A DNA stretch of 64,000 nt, taken from contig NW_027437461.1 of the NCBI RefSeq assembly GCF_964204645.1, forward strand, positions 31,001 through 95,000, written 5' to 3'. The notes beneath the pieces were generated by a model, which was not told the DNA's origin, ran no database searches, and saw only the letters and a list, made by a program, of their open reading frames with translations. The position numbers and the translations under genes are program-made. How positions within the stretch are numbered: position 1 is the first letter of the stretch; every line of letters begins with the position of its first letter. Positions 10,812 through 22,465 of this stretch are shown here, in pieces. The stretch is from Tubulanus polymorphus. Taxonomy: Eukaryota > Animalia > Nemertea.

Positions 10812-13013
10812 TTAACACGTTAGAATTCTTTTCATTATCTCGTTCTCTTTTGTTTCTTCTCTTTTAAATTTTAAGTATTCATCTAAATTACAACCATAAG
10901 CAACTGTATGAATTCCATCATCTAAAATATATCTTTTATCATCAAATGGGTTTAGACTTATCTTTTCAATTTCTTCAATAAACATTTCATGATCTTCAGA
11001 TCTTAAACATCTCATTTTATGTTTTCTAACTTCTTCATTGAATATACAATTGATGTAATCTTTGAAATGAATATTCTTTTCTACTACACTTTTGGTTATT
11101 CCTTTTAACTTTTTAGCTTCATGTTCTTTAGTTTTATATGAATACATTTTAGATCTAATACCTATGAACTCTATCATTTCTTCGCCACCTAATTCATCTT
11201 TGAATTTACCGGGAACTTTTTTATTATCATTGCTAAACAATTCATGATCTTTAGGATAATTACTGAAATCAAAATGATGTTTTAATGTTTTTAAATCATC
11301 AGTTATGTTATCAGTTTTTATCTTTAATATGTAACTGTCGGTATCAAAATATAATATTTCTATATGTTTTTCTCCAAAAGTGGTTGTAATACATTATAAT
11401 AGAATTCATACATTAGATATTTTGATAATTCTAAAACTGATGCGCCAACATAGATTGGTTTATTAAATTTCATTGATGTTCTTCTCATCTTAACTGCAGC
11501 TAAATTTTCATCAAATATTCTGTTACCAATGAACTTAGGATATGATTGTAAATGTCTAATTCTTTTACCATTACTGACTAACTCAATATCATTTCTATTT
11601 CTAATATTTTCACAAGTCTTACCATAGAATGCATTATTCATTAGTTTGAAGAAATCTTTCTCGAAATCAGTTTTAGCTTCAGTTCTCTGTTTGGTGTTAA
11701 AATCTATATATTTTTCTAACCACTTAGATTGACTGAATGAAATATATCTATGTACTTTTTTTAGGATCATTCCTTGTTTTAGATAAAACTTTAACATTCT
11801 ATAATGTACTACATAATTATATTTATCTTCCTGAGTTACCATTAACTTTTCTGTATGAATATGATTTTCAGGTTTAATTCTTTTTTGATAATTTGATAAT
11901 TCTTCATGTGTTACAGTTTTATGTTCGGGGCAGTATGCTAGATTTCTAGATTTAAATTTTTTATCTTCAGGATATTCTAAATCTACAACAAAGAAGTAAC
12001 CAGTATCTGAATCATCTGCAATATCTAGAATTCTTTTCTTCCAATCAAATTTATCATTATTTTCATTCTGTAAAACTTCAGTTAATTCAAATACTCCATA
12101 AGGTTGTGGTTCCATCATTGCCCAACCATACAAATTATTTGCATCTATATATAATAACTTATCCAGGGTTATCATTTACATTGAAATATCTATCACCTAA
12201 TACACCTGAAACTCCTCCTCTTATAGATTTTTCAAATAATAGTAATTGATCTATATTTGTTAACAAATCCATTTTTATATCTGTAAATTTTAATCCACAA
12301 TCCCATGTTAATACTGGTGATGAATAACAATGACATGGATTAATGTTAAAATATTTTAGGTTTACATCTCTAAACCTTTCGAATATATCGGTTAATAATA
12401 ATACATCTGATTTTAAATATATATCTACTAATTGCCCATGATTTTCTATTTTGAAATGATTCCAAATATTCAATGTTCTATTATAGACTTCATCTTTAAC
12501 ATATTCATTTTTTAATTCATCATAGAATTGTTCTTTCAATAATTCAGTTATGTTAAAATCATTATGATTTTTATAGAAAGAATATGGAATTGCTCCTTTA
12601 TATCTCATTAATTGAAAATCATCATTATTTGGGTAATATTCTTTTAATATCTTTAATTCATCATCAACTAATGATTTTGATAAGTTATCTAATGAACTAT
12701 TTAAAAATCTATATGAATCTATAAATCTTAAACACCCAAATTGGAATGATATATAATTCTCAGATGTTTTAGCTAACATTCTAAATTTATAAGTTGGTAT
12801 TTTATCTTTTGATCTATTTGAATTTAATCTGTCTATTTCATTATTAATTTCTTCTATTTTATGGCATAACTGTTTGATAAATAAATGTGCGTCATATCCT
12901 GATAGATTATGAAATATAACTGGTACAAAGTTAATTTTCTTAGCTTGTAAGTTACAATTCTCATGCGCAGCACCCCTAAACTTTCCATTCAAATGATTAT
13001 GGTCTCTTACTTT
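10812..13013 (-). pseudogene. Protein-primed family B DNA polymerase, C-terminal part
   Basis: VRDHNHLNGKFRGAAHENCN, ExoII FHNLSGYDAHL, ExoIII YLKSDVLLL, motif A YIDANNLYG, motif B KLMNNAFYGK, motif C YFDTDSY (~11331-11352), KMY, DDKR; frameshifts at ~12165 and ~11362. Confidence 0.95.
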
Positions 13014-13059
13014 TTAGGGTTTCTGCTGCTTTCGCAGAAACCCTCTTGTAATTCTGTTG

Positions 13060-13101
<42 letters not shown>

Positions 13102-14246
13102 TTTCCCCTTTCCAGCCAAAAATTTTTCATAAAATGTAACTCCTCTCAGATTCGACTACTAGCAGCTTATAAACCTAATTTTCAATTATGAAAGAAATAT
13201 AACTCAGCGCCTGACCATTTCCAATTTGCGTATTATAATTGATTATGAATTAATCCCGCGTAATTATTTGGTCTAAACAGGAAATAAGAATGTCGCAAGA
13301 ATCATCATCCATTGATAAATGTACATCGTGAAAAGCCTGCAAATTACCCGACGACCTTGAGCTTCAAAATAAATCACGGATTCGGATTTATAAATCGGGG
13401 TTCGACCTACGACATCCATTCAATGTTTTCAGATTTCGTGCGCATGCGTCAATTTAGCTCGGACGCCATTTTCTTTATTTTACAACGTGCGACGCCACTC
13501 TACGTTACTTGCATTTTTACGACTTTGTTGTGTGTTTCTGTGACCAATCTTCAGAGAGGTATGTATATATAACGGTTAGGCCTAATATGATGTATTTTTC
13601 CACGTAATCTGACGACTGGTATTAAAAGCCGACCGGAATTCGTCTTGATCCGCGTGTTGTGGTAGCAGTCGGGTCTGGTTGGTGTGAGATCGATATCGAA
13701 TCCCGCATGACTTACGCATAGAAGTAGCTTTTAAAAGGCCAAATTTGGGCTAGGTGTTAAGGTTGACCCAATGCGTATGATTTAATAATAGTGTTTGTGG
13801 TATGGGTAGAAAATATTTAGGCCTATATAGACAGCAGCTTAAATATTGAATAATGGGATTTGAACTGCACTAGTGTGTGTGTGTCTGTGTGCGAGAGCAG
13901 GGAGCACTCCATCTCCCTGACCCTGTGACTTATGATTAAGCCACCCGATTCTGCTGAATGCGAACAAGTCATCAGGTTTTCGTGAATGTGAATAAATACT
14001 ATAAGAAGGGACTGCCAATTTTAATGAACACAGAAATATCTTAATTGAAATCGTATGTCAGCTAATTTCAAATTGAAGGCCTATTATACATAAATTACAG
14101 TACACTCCGCCCACTCATGTCAGACCATTTGGGAGTGTAAAAATGTATCCTGCTTTCTGGATCTGATTCAAGCTTAAGTCTACTGTTTGTATATTCAATC
14201 TACCTAGGCCCATAGGCCTAATTGTGCCTGCCTAATTATTGGGGAA

Positions 14247-15054
14247 ATCGACAATGTCAGGTTCTTGAATTTCTCGACTGATGGCGCTAGTTAGAACTGG
14301 ATATTGGTACCTAAATCTGCCATGTTCTAGTTTATTTGCAATAAAAATCTGGCCTCTCAATTTTTTAGTAGGCAGTAGTTATTTTACTGGATCTGGTCAC
14401 TGACTTCTGAACGCTATTTTGCAAAATATTGTCTCTAAATTGGCTGATTTACTACGCACATGCGCAAAGAGGTGCGCGGCTTAGATAATTGGAAGGAAGT
14501 GTGGAGAACAGAGTTTACCCGGACCAGTGAATTACTAGCCTAGCGTCTTCCTATTAGATCACAGAGCTCATTGAAAACCATCCGAATGTTTTAGCTACAT
14601 TTAGCCTCACCTAACCCTAACCCTATCCCTACTTGTGAAATCGAACCCTGTGGACCCTCTTCTCACCCTCTTGACACTAACCCTATCCAAACCCTTACCC
14701 TAAACCCAATAAAATGATTTAATTGTTACATAATAATTGGATTTGGCAAAATAGCGTTCAGAAGTCGGTGACCGGATCCAGGTTAAATATGCACTTCCTT
14801 TTTAGTAAGTGTATTTTACGTACATACATCATCACGTTTAATCCTTTAAGTATGATATCCTGGAAATCTGTTAGATTGGACAAAACGTCAAAAATTTTCC
14901 AAAAATCACAAATTTAGTGAAAAAAAATGCTCATTAAAAACTTGAAGCGAGAGATCTTTATTGCAAATCAACAAAACAAGGTGGATTTAGGTTCCAATTT
15001 CCGGTTCTGACTAGTGCCATCATACGAGTAATTCCAGAACTTGAATTTGTTGAT
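14247..15054. mobile_element. Long-TIR MITE nested in the Helentron (same family as 34434-35226)
   Basis: About 120-bp imperfect TIRs (ATCGACAA...GATGGCGCTAG / CTAGTGCCATC...TTGTTGAT). Confidence 0.8.
14371..14798. mobile_element. MULE-type MITE nested in the MITE
   Basis: GG...CC ends, ~50-bp imperfect TIRs, perfect 9-bp TSD TTTTTAGTA, internal CCCTAA-like repeats. Confidence 0.8.
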
Positions 15055-15654
15055 ATTTGTATTGGCATCATTCCTTTTCTAAAACGGAACCTGACGACCA
15101 ATTATTCAATTTCCTATTTATTTATTTTTTTAAACAAGACTCATCATGCAGGTATTCCCCGCAACAACAGGTTTCAGAGGGAAGACCACCCTTTTATTTT
15201 TGTTTCAACCCATCTTAAAATGAGCCACCAATCGGTAATCGGGCGAACCATAATAGTGTTCACTGCCTGTTTTAATACTCGTCGTTGCACATTTGTTCAG
15301 GATACTACGTCTAGCCTATGTGGGTTATAGGGTTTATTCCAAAAGTTTGCAAACAAAATCCAGTTAATTTGTTTAGTTTTGGAGACATTTTTGATGCATT
15401 GTTTTCAACACATTTTATTCAATTTTCTTCCAATCTTGCCATCAACCAAACCCAGCGGAGCTATCACAGCTGACAGGCTGCTTGTTCAACACACCATACC
15501 TATTTGTAGCAGGTGTCACCTATTGTTTCGAAATTTTAGAGAAAGTTCCTACAGGCTGATTAATAATGCTGTGATAATGTTTCTTTTGTGATAGGTCACA
15601 TACTTGATACTTGTTGATACTTGAAATAGGATATTGATCAGTACATTACTCATC

Positions 15655-18189
15655 ATGCCTAAAAGGAAAAGAAGAGCTGGTAGCTTTCAGCCGAAGAAGG
15701 TAAGACCCTCTTTTCATAGGCAAATGTTAATCTTCTAGTAAGAAGTATGTAGGCCTTTTTTCCGAGTAAAAAATTCATTAAACTGTTCATCACATGTGTT
15801 AGCTGCGCAATATTTTGGTGCCTGATTTTGGTATTTTATCAGAAAAAACCATATCAGTAAATCATAAACCAGTTGCTTAGAGGGTGTGTAACTGACCAGT
15901 GTCGTATCATCCCTGGTTCTTGTTGAGATAATTATAAGCTATTGAATTGAATTGAACTCATTAGAAAATTCTACGAACGTATAGTGAATGAATTTTTTTT
16001 CTATTTTCAGAAGGTGGAGGTGGTTGGAGTTCCCTCAGCCCTAACTGGACAAAACAGAGAGATGAAAAAAGGATCAATGGAAAAAAATTATGAAAAATCT
16101 CAAGATGAAGACTACAGAAGAGTTGAAAATGAAATCTTAAATGAAAACCTAAAAAACGCTCAAAATGAAAACTTTAACGAAACGCAAAAAGAAAACTCTG
16201 ATAACAATCAAAACAAGAAGTATGAAGTGAAAATCAATGAAAACTTTGAACCAAAAACTAATGAGAACTATGAATTGAATGCAAATGAAAAAGATGAAAT
16301 GAAAATGACTGAAAAACATGGAATGAAAATGAATGAAAAATATGAAATGCATATGAATGGAAACTATGATTTGAAAACAAATGAAAAAGATGAAATGAAA
16401 ATGACTGAAAAACATGAAATGAATATTAATGAGATCTATGATCAGACTATGAATCAAAATTGTGGAACTAATTCGAATGAAGATATGACAAAAAACAAAG
16501 TTGAGACAATTGAAGTGAAATCAGTTTTTTGTGACTTCAATCATGACAACTGTGATACGATTATGCATGACAACTATGATAAGACTAAACAAGGCAACTA
16601 TGATAAGGCTATATATGGAATCTGTGAAAAGATTACACTTGACAACTGTGATAAGATTCAACATGATAACGCTGGTCACAATATACATGAAACCTCATCG
16701 AAAATGAAAGCTGACTCATCTATTCAACCAATTTCGAGTATGATTTCGTGTAGAGATTGTGATGGCAATTTTGGTAACAGTGAGTCATGTTTAAGTGCTG
16801 AGAATATGAGATGTTCATCAATTCATGGAAATTTCCACCAGGGTCATCCAAAATACGATATTCATTCAGGTAAGCAATGTAACAAATGCATTAGCTGCAA
16901 TGATTCATGCATCAAATAAAGCTGTAATAAACTGGATGCCTCATGATATTGATTCAGTATTGAATATTGGAAATGATTTATACGCAACATTGACTAATAT
17001 GAATACAATAACAAATATGTATTTATTGATCAGTGAGCTACCAACTGCTGTTGAGATTGGAAATTCCATTTATAATGTGACTGTTGGATCCCCTCAAGTT
17101 GCTATATCTGAATTATCTGATGAAATGAGAGCTGGAAATTTTGGAATTATCAGTGAACTACATGAATGTTTGCACAATAATCTGCTTAATTACGACACAT
17201 GCTTTATAACATTTGCTGGAAATACATTTTGTGTTTTAAAACAGGATGACATGTACTGGGTATTTGATTCACATTCGAGAGATGCATCAGGAATGATGAC
17301 CGCTGATGGACATGCTGTATTAGTAAGGTACTCTTGTGTTAATTGTATTGTCAAACATTGTCAGAATCTTGCAGCTTCAATGAATCAGAGGCAACCAATA
17401 CAGTATGAAATTACAGTGGCTTCTATCAACCATGAAATTGAAACTACTGTAGAGAATAGCATTATCGAAGCAACGACTACATACTCTCCAAACTACCAAC
17501 AAACAAGTAGTGAAGATGAACTGCCCTATACAAACCCAAAAGTAGATGAATGCGATGTAATTGTTACTAGTGAATCCGTGCAGCATGATGATTTAATTTA
17601 CAACCCACTAGAAAAAGGTCAGTGCAAAACATTATGCTCTATTCTAGGTATTCATTGTCGACCCTCAACTCTCGGATATGAATGTATGCCCAAATATGAT
17701 GGACAACTCTACTCTCCATGTAATACGCAGAAAATTAAAGGCGATGGAAGCTGTTTTTTTCGGGCAATTTCATATTCAATCTGTGGAACTGAGCAATATC
17801 ATCGGGCTATACGCACCGAAGTTTTAAAGCACATGCGGCAGAATTCCGACAAATTCCAACCACATCTGAGAAATCCACAACTTACTATAAATGAGTATAT
17901 TGATGAATCCCGTATGAAATATACAGGTACTTGGGTGACAGAGGTTGAAATTCTTGCAACAGCTGATTTACTGCATGCTGATATATATACATTTGTAGGC
18001 AATGGTTGGTTACGATTCGCTGGTTCTACTTTCAGTGCACCAAATCGTGTGTGTGAATTAAATGGCAACATTTATTTGAAAAATTGCAGAGGTGTACACT
18101 ATGAAGTTGTGTCATGTGTGAAACAATCTGAGGAATGTATTTGCTCTTGGTGTGGCAAGCGACAAAATACTGAAAAAACTAATGAGTAA
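15655..18189 (+). pseudogene. Spliced Helentron gene: NLS, repeats, herpes-tegument-like deubiquitinase/deneddylase (peptidase C76-like) and OTU protease; truncated
   Basis: Exon 15655-15699 (MPKRKRRAGSFQPKK, GTAAG donor) splices in frame to 16011. GNFHQGHPKYDIHSGKQC/VTNAL with a frameshift at ~16880 and YWVFDSHSRD; OTU IKGDGSCFFRAIS, TWVTEVE, GVHYEVV. Confidence 0.82.
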
Positions 18190-18220
18190 ATACAGTTTAT
18201 AAACTGTATTTACTCATTAG
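18179..18220. repeat. Perfect 42-bp palindrome
   Basis: CTAATGAGTAAATACAGTTTA|TAAACTGTATTTACTCATTAG. Confidence 0.95.
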
Positions 18221-19639
18221 AAAATGAGGTTTTTAATGTTATCGCTTTTATGGTTATTCAGGCAGATTTGTTTATAGGGGAGTTGTGTGCTGGTGCAAAT
18301 GCAGTAAATGTTTCGATTATCAGAGTCTCCTATTTGGATGGGTTTTGTAATGTTATAATATGATAATGTCACAAGTTGGTAATAGGTTTATGTTGTTTAA
18401 TTCTGTCCACTTGTACACATTTGAATTTCGATGTTGTTTGCTTATCATGACACATGTGTAGGAGGTTATGGTACTGGGTTGTGTAAATGTGTATGGGAGG
18501 TTATAATATTTCGTTCTGTAGAGTCTCCTCTGCGAATATATGTCAGAGGGTGACGCGTATTAATGAAGCAGGGTGTTGTGTAGTGGTGTGTATGTAGTGT
18601 ATGTTTTGATTTCGATATGTGGAAACATCTATGTGGATGTATATAGGAGGGTCAGGTGTGTTACAATAGTGGGGTTTTGTATATACAGGCATGTGTAGTT
18701 ATGATTTTAATTTTATGTGACCTTTATGTGAATTCATTTATGAGTGACAGGGTTTATATTTTAGTGTTTTTGAAGATTGTGTGACAATAGTAAATGGGTA
18801 AATTGATGTACCTAGTTTCTAGGGAATGAAACAGTGTGTATTTGGAATTGATATGTTGTTAAGTAACAGTGGTATAAGCTGGGGAAAGTATGTAGATAGT
18901 TGTAATGGGGCATGAATGATATTTGACATTGTGATTGATATGTAGCAATGTAACAGTAAGATATGGTGGTGGATGTATATATCTAGCTGTCATGGGGATG
19001 AAGCAGTCACTGTGTGGAATGGATGTGTTGGAATGTAACAGCTATGTACAGTGTACAAAATGAGTATTATTTCATGCTGGGGGATATTGATGCGTTGTTG
19101 CCATAGGTTTTGATGTGATAACACTGTACATATATTACCACCATTAATATTACTAAACACATATGTACAGTCTTATGAATGATTATGTATGGAACTGTAT
19201 GAAGGATTGTATTGAATATATAGGAAATGGTAATTGATCATGTAGCAATCATTTGTGGCGATGTATGTATTTTGTATTGTGCAGTGAGATAGTATTCAGA
19301 AATGTTTGTAATCAATGTTGTGGGATGAAATATAAATAAAAGGTGGATGGTATGATGATATGTGTTGTGTATAATTATTGTTTCCAAATTTGGTGCTTAT
19401 CCCCATATGCTTGGCCAAGTTCTGATGTCATTTACTACATTGTCCCTGGCAAGGATTTGAGCTTGATGGCATGGCGACTGCCACAGTACAATGGGGTTCC
19501 TGCAGTGCTGCTGTGGCAATTGAGGATTCCACTCATAGCTAGTGACAATCCGCCAGGTTGCTAGTAAGTAGTTCGTCATTCGCCAGTGCGACATATGAAA
19601 GTTAGGCAGAAACCCGTTATCGCTGCTATGCAGCTATAT

Positions 19640-21476
19640 TTTATCTTTATAATTAAATATCTTTTCACAATAATAACATTTATCTGCAAACGCAAATTCT
19701 TCTTTATCTTCTTCTGTCATTATAATTTCTATATTTGTATTCAATAATTTACTAAATCTTATTTCATATTCAATTAATAAGTCACAAAAATGATTTATAA
19801 CATTTTCATTTCTATAATTATGATATTCACTTTCAATTAGTTCTGGATAATCAGATTTAATATATAACCCGAAAGCCGCAGCTGATTGATGAATCTTTTT
19901 AATAGTATTTGTTTTTGGTGGTTCTTCAGAATAATCATTTTCATTAGAATTTAATTTCTTTCTCTTATAATATATTTCTTTTCTATCTTGATCAGTTAAT
20001 TCTTTATTTAATGATTCAAAATCTCCATATATAACAAATGGAACTTTATTTTTGTAATCATATTTTTTGAATTCCAATATTTTATCTTTTTCATTTGGTA
20101 AAACTAATTTACAATAATCATGATTTTCACATAATTGTTTATGATTTAATAATGCACTTTCATTACTGAATCTATGTAAACATTTTCTACAAAGATATAT
20201 TTTATTATCAAAATCATTTTCTGATTTAAAATAAATCAATTCTTTTAATCCACATATAATGATTTTCATAATATAATATATCTATAACATCGTTTGAATC
20301 GTAATCTTTTGATAGGTATAAAGGTTCTAATGTATAATGTTTTATATTGTTACCTTTTGTATTTGGTAATTTGATTAACTCAAATACATTTATTCTTAAA
20401 TTATTATCTCTTTCTATTTTTGGGATGTTTTTAATTATAACAGGATACTTATCTATCTTATAATTATTTTCAAATGGTTTATAATGAATTAATCTAAAAC
20501 TATGTGTAATATCTTCTGTTGGATGTAAACAACTTATTATAGCCCATAGAAAACATTTATCATCAAAATTTTGTACATTTATTACAGCATTAGTTTAAAT
20601 GGTAGTTTAATATAACTCCATGCTTCAATATCTGGTTCTTTATAATATAATACATTATTTTCATCAATTGGTTTTGATTTAGTTAACTTATTATATTTTG
20701 TGTTATAAACATGTAAAGTCATAAATATTATTTCATCAAATATTAAACCTGATCCTTCAAAATATTTCTCTCCTATCTTAGTTGTTACTTCATTATAACA
20801 TTTATCTAATTTATCATCTATATGTTGTTTAGATATAATATGTTGTGAATGAGAATTTATATTATATATTGGTTTATCTTCAGATTTTATAAACTTAATT
20901 ACTATAAATTAATATACTAATTTTAGGATATTAAACATCTGTAATTATTTTTATTATTTCTTTCATATTTTCTAAATGTTTTTTATTTTCTTCTAATGTT
21001 TTTCCTTTATGAAATTTAAACTCAATAGCTGCTGGACCAATATCACTTTTAAATGCTTCGGTTATCTCTATATCTTTTTTATTATCTAATGAATTAATAT
21101 AATTTCTTACATCTTCCATGTATGGTCTTTTATTGTTTAATTTATTTCTTATTCTTTTAATTGTCTTCTGTTTCTTATCATTATCTTCATCAAAATAATC
21201 TTCACCTAAAATATCATTATTCTTATTTCTAATATGACTTTTAGATTTTAAATGTTCTTTATAATATCTTTTATCACTGAATGATTGATTACATGTATCA
21301 CATTTGTATGTTTCTTTTTCATTCTTTAATTCATCTAATTTAGTTTCTAATATATCATCTTTATATTCTAGTTTCAATTTATTCTCTAAATGTGTTTTAG
21401 TTTTATTGTGTCTTGCTTTTTGGGATTTATCTATATTGATATTACATGTTGGACAGTAGTACTTATTTGCTTCCAT
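19640..21476 (-). pseudogene. pPolB polyprotein N-terminal part: zinc fingers, terminal-protein region, vOTU-like protease, ExoI
   Basis: Two C2H2 fingers (CPTC..H..H, CDTC..H..H); FEGSGLIFDEI (~20735-20765); NVQNFDDKCFLWAIISCLHP...ENHYMWIK; CRKC finger; VIYGDFES; CYYCEK. Several frameshifts. Confidence 0.88.
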
Positions 21477-21555
21477 TTTAATACTAAATTTTTTATTAAA
21501 ATTGATTTTAGAAGTTATTCATTTATATTTTATTCATATATATGAATATTTTAAG

Positions 21556-21817
21556 AGTAATAGGGAAAAATCTTGTTTCATATCAAAGGTTGAAAGGGCT
21601 AGTGAGTAAAAAATGAAAAATATGAAAATAATAATAATTTCTATTTGAATTAGGAGTGAAACTCATATAAAATGAAAAATAAATTCGAGTGTGCGAGAAT
21701 TATTTTTCATTTTATATGAGTTTCGCTACTAATTCAAATAGAAATTGTTATTATTTTCATATTTTTCATTTTTTATGAGCTCGACCTTTCGAATGAAACA
21801 AGATATTCCCTATTACT
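21556..21817. repeat. 262-bp foldback (near-palindromic) element
   Basis: AGTAATAGGGA...TCCCTATTACT; arms of ~125 bp pair around a short CGAGTGTGCG centre. Confidence 0.9.
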
Positions 21818-21970
21818 AGCAACATTACCAAAAACCAAAAATGAATTTTGACATTAGGAATCAAAAACCCACCCCTTTACCATCTAGGATCTCACTGGAA
21901 ATTAAAGATTGGTGGCGAGGAGAGGGTTAAAAAAATATCAGTGTCGATATTTTCCCTGCCAAGGGGAGGA

Positions 21971-22465
21971 TGTAACCGGGCTGGTTCGTTCCGGTTGTAT
22001 ATCCTACGGTGCTGCCGCCTTGCCACGTATTTAGGAGGTGTAAAAAGCAGTTTCTCGCAGCAACTGTGTCATTCTTTGGTTGTTGCTTGTCAGGCGACTT
22101 CCGTGTTGCTTAAATAAACATTTTATATCGTTTATTCTGTTTCTGCAGGTATGTAAGAAAACTGTTTTTTGTAAGAGAACAATATGTGTAAAGTTATGAA
22201 ACTCTTTAAGGTGTTTTTAATGAAATGTGTAAAATGTTTGAAGTTGGTCATTCTTTGGTTGTTGCTTGTCAGGCGACTTCCGTGTTGCTTAAATAAACAT
22301 TTTATATCGTTTATTCTGTTGCTGCAGTTTGTTTATCCATTTGTGAGTTTGGAACTCTGGTTGTCTCCAGCTGTATGCCCTCTGATGTAGAGTTCCCCAG
22401 GACTCCAACAAGTGATTCGAGGACCCTTCGACGTCGATTAGAACCAGGGAAATCGTCCGGTCACA
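21971..22465 (+). mobile_element. Probable solo LTR
   Basis: TGTAACCGG...CCGGTCACA termini (TG...CA with short inverted repeat), AATAAA, internal ~72-bp direct repeat (22069-22141 and 22248-22320); no matching TSD. Confidence 0.55.

Larger units (their letters stand above)
13014..19639 (+). mobile_element. Helentron (Helitron2-type) internal-deletion derivative inserted in pPolB
   Basis: 5' TT followed by hairpin AGGGTTTCTGC...GCAGAAACCCT (13016-13044) and (ATT)n; 3' subTIR GCAGAAACCC (19606-19615) and hairpin GCTGC-TAT-GCAGC (19622-19634). Inserted in a T run with no TSD; removal restores FNYKDK-KVRDH. No Rep/helicase coding sequence recognised. Confidence 0.87.
1..21970. mobile_element. 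Endogenous Polinton/Maverick (group II, beta-adintovirus-like), inactivated; left part lies outside the window, right terminus not resolved
   Basis: Compact, intronless, very AT-rich block carrying integrase, A32-like ATPase, major and minor capsid and pPolB genes; many frameshifts, in-frame stops and nested insertions. The right boundary is uncertain (between 21480 and 21970). Confidence 0.93.

Noticed and set aside
14605-14710. Telomere-like CCCTAA repeats
   Set aside because: Few, degenerate and internal to a MITE.
16860-16890. Programmed frameshift or splicing joining ORFs 15984-16919 and 16825-18189
   Set aside because: No slippery heptamer is visible; using the CAG|GTAAGC site would remove the catalytic Cys; a 2-bp deletion explains it.
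290-21476. Frameshifts being only sequencing errors in an intact virus
   Set aside because: In-frame stops and two gene-disrupting insertions are present, and 2.4 kb of UBR4 exons show no indels; individual homopolymer indels could still be errors.
1-21500. Bacterial or free-virus contamination suggested by the dense AT-rich gene array
   Set aside because: It contains host-type transposons whose relatives recur in the UBR4 introns, and it is pseudogenised, so it is integrated.
1-21970. Absence of an adenain maturation protease as a novelty
   Set aside because: The element is truncated by the window edge; the gene may lie upstream of position 1.
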